Below are positions 38,871-48,519 of a stretch of DNA of 53,086 nucleotides, one piece after another. Both the position numbers and the translations under genes were made by a program. The DNA is taken from positions 1 through 53,086 of IMG/VR virus record IMGVR_UViG_3300025423_000028; one strand, 5' to 3'. The first letter of the stretch is position 1, and the number at the start of each line of letters is the position of its first letter. The notes beneath the pieces were generated by a model. That model was not told the origin of the DNA. It ran no database searches and was given only the letters and a program-made list of their open reading frames with translations. The stretch is from a virus. Taxonomy: Duplodnaviria > Caudoviricetes.

Positions 38871-39743
38871 TTAACATCCCATGAATGTAACATCAAGACG
38901 GTATGAACCACCACCGCCTACATAACTTCCACCAGGTGTCATTAAGTTCACATAAAAACCGTTATAGGCCCAACTTGATCCACCCAGTGGTGTTTGAACA
39001 ACAATTATTTCATTATCAGAACCGACATTTATTTGTGGGTAAGTATATACATTGGGTACCAATGATTGAATCCCAGTGGGAAATGCTACAAAAGTAGCAG
39101 TGCCTGTAGCAGCAGTAACTACTGCGCTAAATGTAAGTATAGACCAGTTAGGATTACTGGGGATAGAAGCACCGTTAGGAATTGAAGTAGAGTCTACATA
39201 CAATGGTGCTATTACACCATTTGGTGATGTAACTCTACCGCTAACGGATACTGTACCAGTAACAGTTAAGTTACCGCCAACGACTACGCTCGAAGAAAAA
39301 GTTCCATACTGACCTATATATGATTGTGCACCGCTAATGGTTCCGTATGAACCAGTGAAAGATATACTTTCACCGTTGTTAGGAAGTGTCAAACCATTAT
39401 TAACTGTCAATGCACCACTAGATGTAAGGTTACTTACATCGAAGTCAGATACAAGAGGGCCAGCTACCCATGGAACATTTGTACCAGTTGCAACAACTGA
39501 GCTTTCAAGAACACGAGTAACGTTAGCGACCGTGCTTGTGCCACCCGATGTAATGTAAGCAATCTCTGGGCCACTAGAGTTAGTGGCGCCAAAATATCCT
39601 GGGTTCAACGTAATTGGTACATAGTACCCCGATGGTGGTGTGGGGAAGTTATTACCAGTGATAGTGGTAGTTGTTCCTGGAGAAGAGGTTGCCAGTGTAG
39701 TAACCGTTCCCGCTTTAAAGTTAACTCTTTGACGAATAGTCAT
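38871..39743 (-). CDS. Minor virion/fibre-like protein
   Basis: Ser/Thr/Gly-rich, EI.YIT..VTR motif, GNLTVTG repeats. Confidence 0.6.
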   Translation of the reverse strand: MTIRQRVNFKAGTVTTLATSSPGTTTTITGNNFPTPPSGYYVPITLNPGYFGATNSSGPEIAYITSGGTSTVANVTRVLESSVVATGTNVPWVAGPLVSDFDVSNLTSSGALTVNNGLTLPNNGESISFTGSYGTISGAQSYIGQYGTFSSSVVVGGNLTVTGTVSVSGRVTSPNGVIAPLYVDSTSIPNGASIPSNPNWSILTFSAVVTAATGTATFVAFPTGIQSLVPNVYTYPQINVGSDNEIIVVQTPLGGSSWAYNGFYVNLMTPGGSYVGGGGSYRLDVTFMGC

Positions 39744-39749
39744 TTAGTA

Positions 39750-40304
39750 CTACTTTGTTGTAGGAGGAAGACGAACGGGCTTGTTGTTATTCGTAATATT
39801 GCGCAGATATGTCTGTGGCGTACGACCGTCCGAGGGATAACCACGTGATGGAGCGACCTTCGGAGGGTTGACCCAGCAATAACCGGGGCCACCCTGCTGA
39901 CCGTGGCTAACGGTAAGAACGTCCGTGCCGTAAATCTCAACGATGATCGCCACGTGCTCGCCAGGAGCATCGCCATATACCACGTAGTCACCGACCTCGA
40001 TGTCGTCAACGGTGATACCCTTCAGGGTCTTAATCAACAGAGGGATGTGTTCCTCGTGGGTCAAGAATGTGCCGGTCCAGCCCTCGTGGTCAAAGCCCAA
40101 ACCGTTCGGGTCATTGCCGTTGGCGAGCCAAGCGTACAGCGTGCACGAGCCGGAGCAGTCGGTGTTGATTGGGAACTTAATAGGCCAGACACCGATGGCT
40201 GCCATACGGTCGCTGCCTTCAGAGTAATTAAAGTGTTGGTGGTTAGCAACGGCCCAGTTGGCCCATGCAACCTCTGCTTGGCGGTGGTCAATAGGTGTAG
40301 TCAT
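39750..40304 (-). CDS. Peptidoglycan hydrolase (NlpC/P60-CHAP superfamily), probable endolysin
   Basis: TDCSG, GDYVVYG..EHVAII, SHG; AAGGAG SD favours the ATG at 40304 over 40325. Confidence 0.75.
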   Translation of the reverse strand: MTTPIDHRQAEVAWANWAVANHQHFNYSEGSDRMAAIGVWPIKFPINTDCSGSCTLYAWLANGNDPNGLGFDHEGWTGTFLTHEEHIPLLIKTLKGITVDDIEVGDYVVYGDAPGEHVAIIVEIYGTDVLTVSHGQQGGPGYCWVNPPKVAPSRGYPSDGRTPQTYLRNITNNNKPVRLPPTTK

Positions 40305-40352
40305 TTTATCTCCTTGTTCTACCATCTATGGTAGAAACAGAGTAGTTTTACA

Positions 40353-40616
40353 TTAAGAAGGGACAACATCCTCGCCAGAGGGGTTGTTTGGCTCTGCGTA
40401 ATCGGCTTCATTTTGGTCATTGTTTGCAGCGAAATCGCCAACACTGTCTAGGTTGCTATTGTTGTCAAGTGAATAACTGTTTACAGATAACAGCATCTGT
40501 GTACGCCCAGATTCCACCAAGGTAATGTTTAATAAGTATGCTTTTATGGAGCGGATACCGCGATAACCTTCATATACTTTTGCATTGGGGCTATAATATC
40601 CTCTATTACCTAACAT
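40353..40616 (-). CDS. Hypothetical protein
   Basis: 87-aa ORF with TAATG coupling to 40616. Confidence 0.45.
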   Translation of the reverse strand: MLGNRGYYSPNAKVYEGYRGIRSIKAYLLNITLVESGRTQMLLSVNSYSLDNNSNLDSVGDFAANNDQNEADYAEPNNPSGEDVVPS

Positions 40617-40930
40617 TAGAACCCCATTGCTAAAAACATGTTGCCATTCGAAGCTGGGCTAATAGCGTATCCATAAACTGCTGGGACTAAATAGGCAGAG
40701 CTGGATTGTGGAGAAACATATGTTTGATTAGTTAGTGTTGAAGGTGCTAAATAATAGTCAAGATATGAAACTCTAGAAGTACCAGAACGTGCACCAAATG
40801 TGGCGTTGTAGTTGGCGTTTGATGCGCCCTCCACCGTGCCTGGTGAGGTCTTGTGACCCAGTTTGCCGAGAAACCAACCGACGAAGCCTGCGCCGAAATA
40901 GGGGCGCGTGTAATTCTTGCGCGAGGTCAT
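40616..40930 (-). CDS. Chimeric/remnant fibre-associated protein
   Basis: GC-rich N-terminal part joined to a C-terminal part paralogous to 22099..22776 (both end PASNGNMFLAMGF). Confidence 0.6.
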   Translation of the reverse strand: MTSRKNYTRPYFGAGFVGWFLGKLGHKTSPGTVEGASNANYNATFGARSGTSRVSYLDYYLAPSTLTNQTYVSPQSSSAYLVPAVYGYAISPASNGNMFLAMGF

Positions 40931-43900
40931 GACAGACCGACCCAGATGGGCGAGCCGCTAACTGCTGGGGTTCCCGAGATGGTCGTGGGGAGCGAGGTAA
41001 AGCCGGTCAACGTACTGCAACGCTGGTTGAGGGTGTTCGCCGCGACCGTGTTGGGGCCGACGTTGATGGCTGCCGCCGTGGTCTGGTTGTAGGCGAACAG
41101 GTGGCTTGCCGCCGTCGACGTAATTATGCCGAGCCAGTAGACACCCGAGTTGGTCGGGGTGTAGGCGGTGCCGAAACTGCCGGAAGCCTGCGTGTTGCTC
41201 GGTGGCGTCGTGGCGATGTTACCCGTGACAGCCAACTGCGTCGTGGCATTGTAGAGGCCGACCGTGACGTAACTGCTACCGACACCCGTGGCGATGATGA
41301 CATAGACGTTGGAGTAGGTCACGCCCGCTTGGAGGTAGACCGCCATGAAGTAGACCGTGCTGGTCGCCAGCGTTAGACCACCCGTAGCCACCGTGTTTGT
41401 TGCTGCGTCATACGTCCATGCAGTTAGACCGTTGAGCGACGGTGGGGTCATGGCGACTGGGGTGGCGTAGGAGAGCGATGAGCCGTTTGAGGTCAACACC
41501 GTGCCGTTAGAGCCGACGGAGGTGAGGTTCGTGCCACCGTTAGCAACTGCGAGCGTTCCGGTTACGTTGCTGGTAAGCGACAGCGTTCCAATGAGGTTTG
41601 ACAAGTTGTTGCTGTTTGTCATGTACCAATTGCCGCCGTTGTAGTTCACAAAACTCAACGTGCCATAGGCGGACAAGGTGTAGGTGGTAACGCTTGAGCC
41701 CGAACCGAGTGGGTACATAGAGTTAGCAAAACTCAACGTAACTGGGTTGGCGCTGTTGTTAATGAGTGTCCAGGAGGAACCGTCAATGGGGTTGCTGGGT
41801 GTCGAAAGCGTTTGACCTGCGGCTCCGGTGAATACCGTTATCTCGTTGCGTCCGACCGTTGCCGTTGCCGAGCGCAGGACAAGGTGGTTCGAGATAGTGG
41901 TAGACCAGCCAGCCGTTGAGCCGGTGTAAACCCACACGGTTGCGGTCTGGTCAACAACAAAGTCACCAACCGTCCACGTTCCTGAAGCTGGTGCGCCGTT
42001 AACCGTGCCACCGACGAAGCGAGCGCCAGCCGTTGCACCCGTGAGACCAGTAGACGAGGAATATTGACCAGTAATACCACTTGTGACTGCAACGGTACCA
42101 CTAAACGTAGCATTGCCAATCTGTGTAGCTGTGCCGGTTACAGTGATGTTACCGCCTACGTTTAAGTTGCCTGCATCCATTTCACTACCAACGGTGATGG
42201 CACCTGTCACGGTCAATGATCCAGATATTGTTCCACCAGATGTCGGAACAAAGTTTCCTGTCCATGCTGCTGTGGCTCCATTAGATACGAGAGCAGTACC
42301 GCTTGTACCAATTGCTAAGTTAGTGTAGACAGATCCATTACCAATAAGCATTGAACCACTTGTAGCAGTAAGCTGAGAGCCCGTACCACCGTTATTGACA
42401 GAAAGCTTACCGGCAGAAGTGTTTGACATGTTGTTGGAGAACAACATGTTCCAGAAAGTACCGTTATATACAAAGAAAGACATTTCAACACCAGCATTCT
42501 GCGTTGAATATGTTGTGGTTCCGCTTGTCGAGTTAAATGGAGCAATGGTAGTTCCATTGCCGTTCAATGTAATTGGACCACTAGCTGGGTGAGCATAAAT
42601 ACCATAGGTAGAACCAGATGGTGGGTTTGATGGCAAATAGAATGTTAAACCACTGCCTGTAGTCCAGGTGAACTCATCAACTGTGCATGGTGATCCTGAT
42701 GTTGTGCTCGTAGTACGCACAACGAAGTTATAACCATTAACTAGTACACCAGAAGGTACTGTTGATCCATTGAAGGTGATTGCACCGCTAGCAGTTAAAC
42801 CACTAAGGACTGTCAGAGCACCAGAGATTGTGCCACCAGAACGTTGTAAAGCATCGTAAGCTACACCACTAACGGTGTTAAGATTGCCTGAAATTAGAGC
42901 GATAGAGCTCGTGTGTCCAGTAACAATACCAGATGTTGTGTTGTATGCACCGCTCAAAGTAACGAACTGACCTGAAAGCGTAGCAAGATTAGCAACAGTC
43001 CCTGTTACCGTTGAGTTGGCATTGATGATGGCATTAACAACACCGCTAACTGCTGTGGTGCCAACTAAGGTTGCAGCTACAGCTCCTGTCCCAGTTGCAG
43101 TAACGTCACCAGTAAGTGAAGTGATTCCTCCACCGCTTCCTCCACCGCTAACCGTTGCTGGCACCCATTGTGTGCTATTCCATACGATAGCTTGCCCGCT
43201 GGTAGCAGTTACACCACCAATGATGGGGCTGGTGATGTTCAATGCACCACTGATCGTACCGCCTGATCTTTGCAGAGCTCCATATGCCACGCCGCTAACA
43301 GTATTGAGGCTACCCGACGTAGAAGCGTATGAACCGCTTAGCGCTACAAACTGACCAGAAAGAGTTGCCAAACTACCTGACAAGCTGACAATATTTGCTT
43401 CATCTACAATTTGTTTGTTAGCAACGTATTCCAGCTGAATTGAAATGTTATTGATGTTTGTCTCATCAACAATTTGATTATTCGATATGGTTGTAATTTG
43501 GCTACCCTGGCCACTTACGGTGCCACTAAGGGCTATGTAGTTGTTAGTTAGCATAGACGCTGATGTGTTGAATTGAAGATCATCTACAGCTGTTCTAACA
43601 GGGAATACATTGAATCCCGATGAAGTGCCGATAGCGTGAGCGTAAGGAGTCGTTCCATCCCAGCCACGTCCATTGTATGTGCCATCAGTCCATACAGGGA
43701 TTACTGCGTTTGCACCAATAGTGATAGCACCTGAAGCACAAAGGATCTTCTCTTCCGTGCCCAAGCCGTAGTCAACTACAAGGGTGAAAACACCACTAGT
43801 TCCAAGGGGGTTAGTAGTGGCAGTGCCGCTCGAGCTTACTTCGTACCAACCTGCTGTATTTGCCAAGGTCAATGCTTGACCGCTTGTGTACCCACTGATA

Positions 43901-43974
43901 AGCGTTGCAGAAAGGTACGTGGGTGTAGCAGCACCTGCGAGAGATCTAGGAGTTGTGTAGTCTGGGTAAGCCAT
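40927..43974 (-). CDS. Tail fibre/receptor-binding protein
   Basis: 1015 aa; coiled-coil heptads, GTLAVANGGT repeats, GC-rich C-terminal tip. Confidence 0.75.
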   Translation of the reverse strand: MAYPDYTTPRSLAGAATPTYLSATLISGYTSGQALTLANTAGWYEVSSSGTATTNPLGTSGVFTLVVDYGLGTEEKILCASGAITIGANAVIPVWTDGTYNGRGWDGTTPYAHAIGTSSGFNVFPVRTAVDDLQFNTSASMLTNNYIALSGTVSGQGSQITTISNNQIVDETNINNISIQLEYVANKQIVDEANIVSLSGSLATLSGQFVALSGSYASTSGSLNTVSGVAYGALQRSGGTISGALNITSPIIGGVTATSGQAIVWNSTQWVPATVSGGGSGGGITSLTGDVTATGTGAVAATLVGTTAVSGVVNAIINANSTVTGTVANLATLSGQFVTLSGAYNTTSGIVTGHTSSIALISGNLNTVSGVAYDALQRSGGTISGALTVLSGLTASGAITFNGSTVPSGVLVNGYNFVVRTTSTTSGSPCTVDEFTWTTGSGLTFYLPSNPPSGSTYGIYAHPASGPITLNGNGTTIAPFNSTSGTTTYSTQNAGVEMSFFVYNGTFWNMLFSNNMSNTSAGKLSVNNGGTGSQLTATSGSMLIGNGSVYTNLAIGTSGTALVSNGATAAWTGNFVPTSGGTISGSLTVTGAITVGSEMDAGNLNVGGNITVTGTATQIGNATFSGTVAVTSGITGQYSSSTGLTGATAGARFVGGTVNGAPASGTWTVGDFVVDQTATVWVYTGSTAGWSTTISNHLVLRSATATVGRNEITVFTGAAGQTLSTPSNPIDGSSWTLINNSANPVTLSFANSMYPLGSGSSVTTYTLSAYGTLSFVNYNGGNWYMTNSNNLSNLIGTLSLTSNVTGTLAVANGGTNLTSVGSNGTVLTSNGSSLSYATPVAMTPPSLNGLTAWTYDAATNTVATGGLTLATSTVYFMAVYLQAGVTYSNVYVIIATGVGSSYVTVGLYNATTQLAVTGNIATTPPSNTQASGSFGTAYTPTNSGVYWLGIITSTAASHLFAYNQTTAAAINVGPNTVAANTLNQRCSTLTGFTSLPTTISGTPAVSGSPIWVGLS
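42833..42883. repeat. 51-bp direct repeat, copy 1 (copy 2 at 49687..49737)
   Basis: ccaccagaacgttgtaaagcaYcgtaagctacaccactaacggtgttaaga, 50/51 identical. Confidence 0.9.
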
Positions 43975-43984
43975 CAGTTATTTC

Positions 43985-44521
43985 CTAAGAAAATTGGACA
44001 ATTACTTTAAACAGAACGCTATCTTCAGGAAACAAATGGATACCAGCAAAAGTACTTTTGATATACATGTTGCTATTTGGCAACACTACTGGAGTAAGCG
44101 AAGGAATAATACTTGTCACCTTACTAGAGCCATTTGTAGCCCTAATTACATTGAAGCTATTGGTCCCATTACCAGAAATTACAGTCATTACTTCTGAAGT
44201 GACTTGGATATTGAACGGGAACGTAGCTGGAAAAAGGTTGTAACCGCTGACAGTAATTGTGGTATCTGTGGGGTTAACTTGATTTGACAATGAACTAACG
44301 GTTGAACTAGAATTACTATCAAAAAGGCCGACCTCGGTAATTGAGTAGAGATTGTTCGCAGTCAACAAACCAGTAGATATAAAAGTATCTCCAGAAGTAG
44401 AGGTAGTAAAAGCGCTGGTCGTACCAGAAATAACTGTTCCTACGGGGTTAAAAAGAGATATGTCTGTTGCTGAAGCGGTACCACTACCCGTTCCCCAACC
44501 AATATAAAAATTATTTGCCAT
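43985..44521 (-). CDS. Minor virion protein
   Basis: YIGWGTG..ITEVGLFD pattern seen in fibre-anchoring proteins. Confidence 0.6.
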   Translation of the reverse strand: MANNFYIGWGTGSGTASATDISLFNPVGTVISGTTSAFTTSTSGDTFISTGLLTANNLYSITEVGLFDSNSSSTVSSLSNQVNPTDTTITVSGYNLFPATFPFNIQVTSEVMTVISGNGTNSFNVIRATNGSSKVTSIIPSLTPVVLPNSNMYIKSTFAGIHLFPEDSVLFKVIVQFS

Positions 44522-44526
44522 ATTAT

Positions 44527-47500
44527 CTAGCCCAATCTTTGCGTGTAATACATCGGGAAATTGCTTGTAAGTACGTTATTGTTGGTACCTTTGAGTGTTG
44601 AATTCAAAGCGTATATTGGATTACCACTGGCAGTAACACCATTCAAGACAACGTAATTCATAGTTGCAACGGATGCTACTGATAATGTTCCACCATTTAT
44701 GATCAATGCACCGTCACGGTTAGAGATTGTGTTCCATACAGAACCATATTTTGATGATTCATTGAATGAATAAGTGCCAAATGGAACAGTTGTAAAATTC
44801 AAATCGAGCACAGGACCAACGTATGTTCCTGATGGTGGTTGGGTTGTTGTACCAGAAGTGCTTGAAGTTGAAGGCCACCATGCAGTAATTATTGATGCTA
44901 ATGCATAAAAATCCTGGTCAGGGCCTGGAAAATCACCAACTGTTGCAGTCGGGACACCACTACCTATTACCGAGAACGTAGTACCACTAACGACAGCATT
45001 GCTAACAACATAAGATCCGTTATATGGATTGCTAGCTGGGTTAACACCGCCACTAAACCCAGTCACGTTAACATTTGCACCAATGTGGAAATCGTTAGTG
45101 TTTGCAAGCGGACTTACAAGTTGGTAAATATAAGTATATGCTCCAGAAGTAATCGTGTAAGTTGCTCCTGAAACAGACACAGAGCTACCAATATAGTAAG
45201 GTGATGGATTATACCCGCTAATTCCGTTGTATACTTGTGCTCTCAGGAACTGACCAAAGTTGGTTGATCCAGCAATAATAGCTGGTTTTTGCCCCATTGT
45301 AATCGACCCAGTTGCTGATGTCACTGAAACCGAATATGGCCACGTTATTGGTAAATCACCAGTGCCTGGATCTGGAGAATAGTTAAAAGTAACGACTCCA
45401 GTGCTTTGCGATCTTGTTACATTAACCCAACTAGCATTTGTTGGGATGCTATTAAGTGATAGAGTGCCACTTACAGTATTGATGATCCCAGTTGAATCTT
45501 TATAAGAAAAGTATAAACCTAAGTTATTCCCTGTGGCTGGATTAAGTCCGAATGTCCAGCCATCTGCCCCAGTGCTATCTTTGATAATTGCTGTAGCAGT
45601 AGTTGGCTGCCATGAAACTGGATTTATAAACGTACGAACATCTACGTCGCCATTTGTTTGATACTGAGAAGCATTGCCAGAAACATTCGTGATAGTGTTA
45701 TCAAATATGTTACCATATGTTCTAAAGCTGTTTGCATTTAGATAGTTTATGGTTTGCTTTGTACCTTGGAAACCTACGGTTGTCATTGGGTAAAAAAGCA
45801 ATGAATTAAATGAATTGTTACCGTTAAAATTAACTGTCCAACCAAATCCATTTGTTTGTTGCAATGGCGAAGGGCTAGGTGAGGTTGCTGTCTTTGGACC
45901 AATAAAATTAGTAAATGAATTGTTCCCACTAATTGTAAAAGTTGTATATGCAGTGTATGACGCACCGCTAGGCATAGTCAGTGAATAATATTGTTGGTTA
46001 CCGCCATAAAAAGTTGAGGTACTTAAGTTAGTTAATTGAATTGATCCATAGTTACTTGTTAGTGCACCTGATGAAGTATTTTTAAACGTCCAAGTACCTG
46101 AAACAGCCCACGCTTGGGGGTTAGATGAAGTGCCACCCATAATAACTTTACCGCTAGGTCCAACGGTAAAGTTTTGCAAAACAACTGAGTTAATATTGGG
46201 ATTATTAGCAGATAGTGTTCCACTATTAACTGTTAAAGCTAATGCGGTAGAGAAATTGTCTTGCAACATTACAGTTGATCCGGGGTATAGATCAATATAA
46301 GTAGCACGCGGCCATTTATATCCATTTGAGGTAATTGTATTGACATTGCTACCAAGCAAAATCCAGTTAGGACTGCCCGTAGTTTTTGACCCCAATGAAA
46401 TACTACTAAAGATAAAATAGTTGGGGTTAAAAAAGTTTAAAGTCCCTGTAAAAGTTGTTGCATTAAACCCAGGGATTAATGGTGGATCTACTTTGATTGT
46501 TGCGTTCGATTTAGCTGAATTTTTGTCAAAAACAGCAATATCTTGTGGCAATGGATTGCGAACTACCCCACCGTTTCCGCTAGTAGATGTATACCATTTG
46601 GCGTCAGACCAGTTTCCTGAAGTTACTGCTGCGTTGTAAAAATACCCTGATATAGAAGGACTAAAAGTAATACCACTATTACCGCCGCCATCTCCCCAAC
46701 CGGTTGCATCTGGTGAAGACCAGTTAGCAACTCCTGATACTTTAATATTTTGAAAAATAACATATTTGATTGCAAGACTACTTGCTGTAATTGTTGATGG
46801 TGTGTATGACCAACTAGGTGTATACACAATAGATTGATCACTGGCGATATAAGTTGGTACGTGTCCAACCCCATTAGTAAATTGATTGATGCCAGATACG
46901 GTGAAAAGCCCATTGATTACGAGGTTTGATCCACTAGAGATAATTAAATTATTGCCTGATGTAGTGGTTGACAGTGTTGGAGAGAATGTCAGGTTGGAAA
47001 GAGGGAATGTAGAACCTGTACCAGTAGCATCATAGAAATACAAAGGGCCTTGACCACTATACGTAATCGGAGGCAATGTAGTTGATGTGCCGTTATAACT
47101 AACCACAGAACCATAAGGGAGCGTATTGCTAAGAACGATTGATGCGCCTGCTGAGTATTGACTTGTAACACTTCCATTAATTGCAATAGTTGGAGTTAAG
47201 TCTCCAGATGATGTTGGACCGCTATTGATAACAATATTGGAAGACCCAAAATTAATAGTAGATAAGTTATTTGCAGTTAACGTTGATAATGTACAGCTAT
47301 TGTTGTTAGTTGTAAAATTACCATTGGTATCTAAATAAAGATTACCTATATAAGAGCCACTCAACGATAAAGAAGAGTTATTATATATGCTAATACTACC
47401 ATTGCCAAGGTTAATGTTTCCGGAAGTTGTCACTGGTGCCGAAAGCCCATAAAAGGTAACAGAGTCGCCATTCACTGGGAATACAGATGCAATACCACCT

Positions 47501-48519
47501 GATGAGTATCCGCTACTAGGAACTGAAGTGGGAAATATTTGAAAACCACCGCTAGTGGTTCCTACTATCTGTTGGTTTTGGTTGTAATCATTTGGAGTCG
47601 TTCCAGTGATTACAACGGTTTGGCCAACTACAAAATTATTAGATCCTAGATATGTTACAGTTGGGGAAATTGAAGGGTTACCACCTGACACATAAAGGTC
47701 AGTTACATAGTTGTTATATGCAACATAAAAACTTGATGCTGTACAAGAAGTAATTGGCAGAGCCGTAATGTTAAAAGCTGTCCCAGATCCAGCATTTCCT
47801 GTAGCACCAGTTACAGTAACCAATTGACCTGGGATGAAGTTGTTGTTACATATATATAGTGCACCACCATTAGAATCAGCAAACCCACCAGAACCAGAAA
47901 TGCCAGCAAAAGCTGACGATGTAGACTGCACACTAAAAGAGGAAGCAGTAACTGAAGTTACCACCCAGTTATCACTAAATATAGTCGGAGATGTTTCAAA
48001 TACGCTTATTGGCTCTCCGACCACAAATGGATTGGCATACCCACCGGCTGTATTAAAAGTAATTGTATATGGACTGCTACTACCGCTTACAGTGATGTTA
48101 TTAATGTTTACAGTGCTTTGCCCATAAGCAAAACCACCAGAACTATAACTATCACCAGAAACTGTTGCGTTTGTAGTAAAAGAAGATGTTGTTACACGCG
48201 TTATGGTTGCAAAGACGTTAAACAACCCACTTGTTGAGACAATGTTTTTTGTTCTTACAAGTTGTCCAACTACAAAAGGATTGGTTCCACTAACAAAATA
48301 AGTAGGGGTTGAATTGGATAAATTTGCGCCACTGATCGTAGCGGAGACACCAATGTTATAAGAAATAGCATTGGTAATTGGACCACCCGTATACGTAACC
48401 GGGTTGTTATAGTATGCACCAGTAATGGTTACGTCAGGATAACCCCAGTTAACCTGTGGTTGATTCCAGTACCAAGTGTTAGGGTACCCACTAACAATTT
48501 GAAAAGCGTAGTCAGCCAT
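44527..48519 (-). CDS. Large virion surface/adhesin-like protein; probable start MADY at 48519
   Basis: Five FxxGxxVx(I/V)-type beta repeats, a beta-helix-like middle and a LamG-like region; TAATG coupling at 48519. Confidence 0.65.
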   Translation of the reverse strand: MADYAFQIVSGYPNTWYWNQPQVNWGYPDVTITGAYYNNPVTYTGGPITNAISYNIGVSATISGANLSNSTPTYFVSGTNPFVVGQLVRTKNIVSTSGLFNVFATITRVTTSSFTTNATVSGDSYSSGGFAYGQSTVNINNITVSGSSSPYTITFNTAGGYANPFVVGEPISVFETSPTIFSDNWVVTSVTASSFSVQSTSSAFAGISGSGGFADSNGGALYICNNNFIPGQLVTVTGATGNAGSGTAFNITALPITSCTASSFYVAYNNYVTDLYVSGGNPSISPTVTYLGSNNFVVGQTVVITGTTPNDYNQNQQIVGTTSGGFQIFPTSVPSSGYSSGGIASVFPVNGDSVTFYGLSAPVTTSGNINLGNGSISIYNNSSLSLSGSYIGNLYLDTNGNFTTNNNSCTLSTLTANNLSTINFGSSNIVINSGPTSSGDLTPTIAINGSVTSQYSAGASIVLSNTLPYGSVVSYNGTSTTLPPITYSGQGPLYFYDATGTGSTFPLSNLTFSPTLSTTTSGNNLIISSGSNLVINGLFTVSGINQFTNGVGHVPTYIASDQSIVYTPSWSYTPSTITASSLAIKYVIFQNIKVSGVANWSSPDATGWGDGGGNSGITFSPSISGYFYNAAVTSGNWSDAKWYTSTSGNGGVVRNPLPQDIAVFDKNSAKSNATIKVDPPLIPGFNATTFTGTLNFFNPNYFIFSSISLGSKTTGSPNWILLGSNVNTITSNGYKWPRATYIDLYPGSTVMLQDNFSTALALTVNSGTLSANNPNINSVVLQNFTVGPSGKVIMGGTSSNPQAWAVSGTWTFKNTSSGALTSNYGSIQLTNLSTSTFYGGNQQYYSLTMPSGASYTAYTTFTISGNNSFTNFIGPKTATSPSPSPLQQTNGFGWTVNFNGNNSFNSLLFYPMTTVGFQGTKQTINYLNANSFRTYGNIFDNTITNVSGNASQYQTNGDVDVRTFINPVSWQPTTATAIIKDSTGADGWTFGLNPATGNNLGLYFSYKDSTGIINTVSGTLSLNSIPTNASWVNVTRSQSTGVVTFNYSPDPGTGDLPITWPYSVSVTSATGSITMGQKPAIIAGSTNFGQFLRAQVYNGISGYNPSPYYIGSSVSVSGATYTITSGAYTYIYQLVSPLANTNDFHIGANVNVTGFSGGVNPASNPYNGSYVVSNAVVSGTTFSVIGSGVPTATVGDFPGPDQDFYALASIITAWWPSTSSTSGTTTQPPSGTYVGPVLDLNFTTVPFGTYSFNESSKYGSVWNTISNRDGALIINGGTLSVASVATMNYVVLNGVTASGNPIYALNSTLKGTNNNVLTSNFPMYYTQRLG

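Noticed and set aside
22099-40800. Paralogous C-termini (22099.. and 40616..) as a diversity-generating retroelement TR/VR pair
   Set aside because: Differences are largely synonymous and not adenine-specific, both copies are coding, and no reverse transcriptase is in the window
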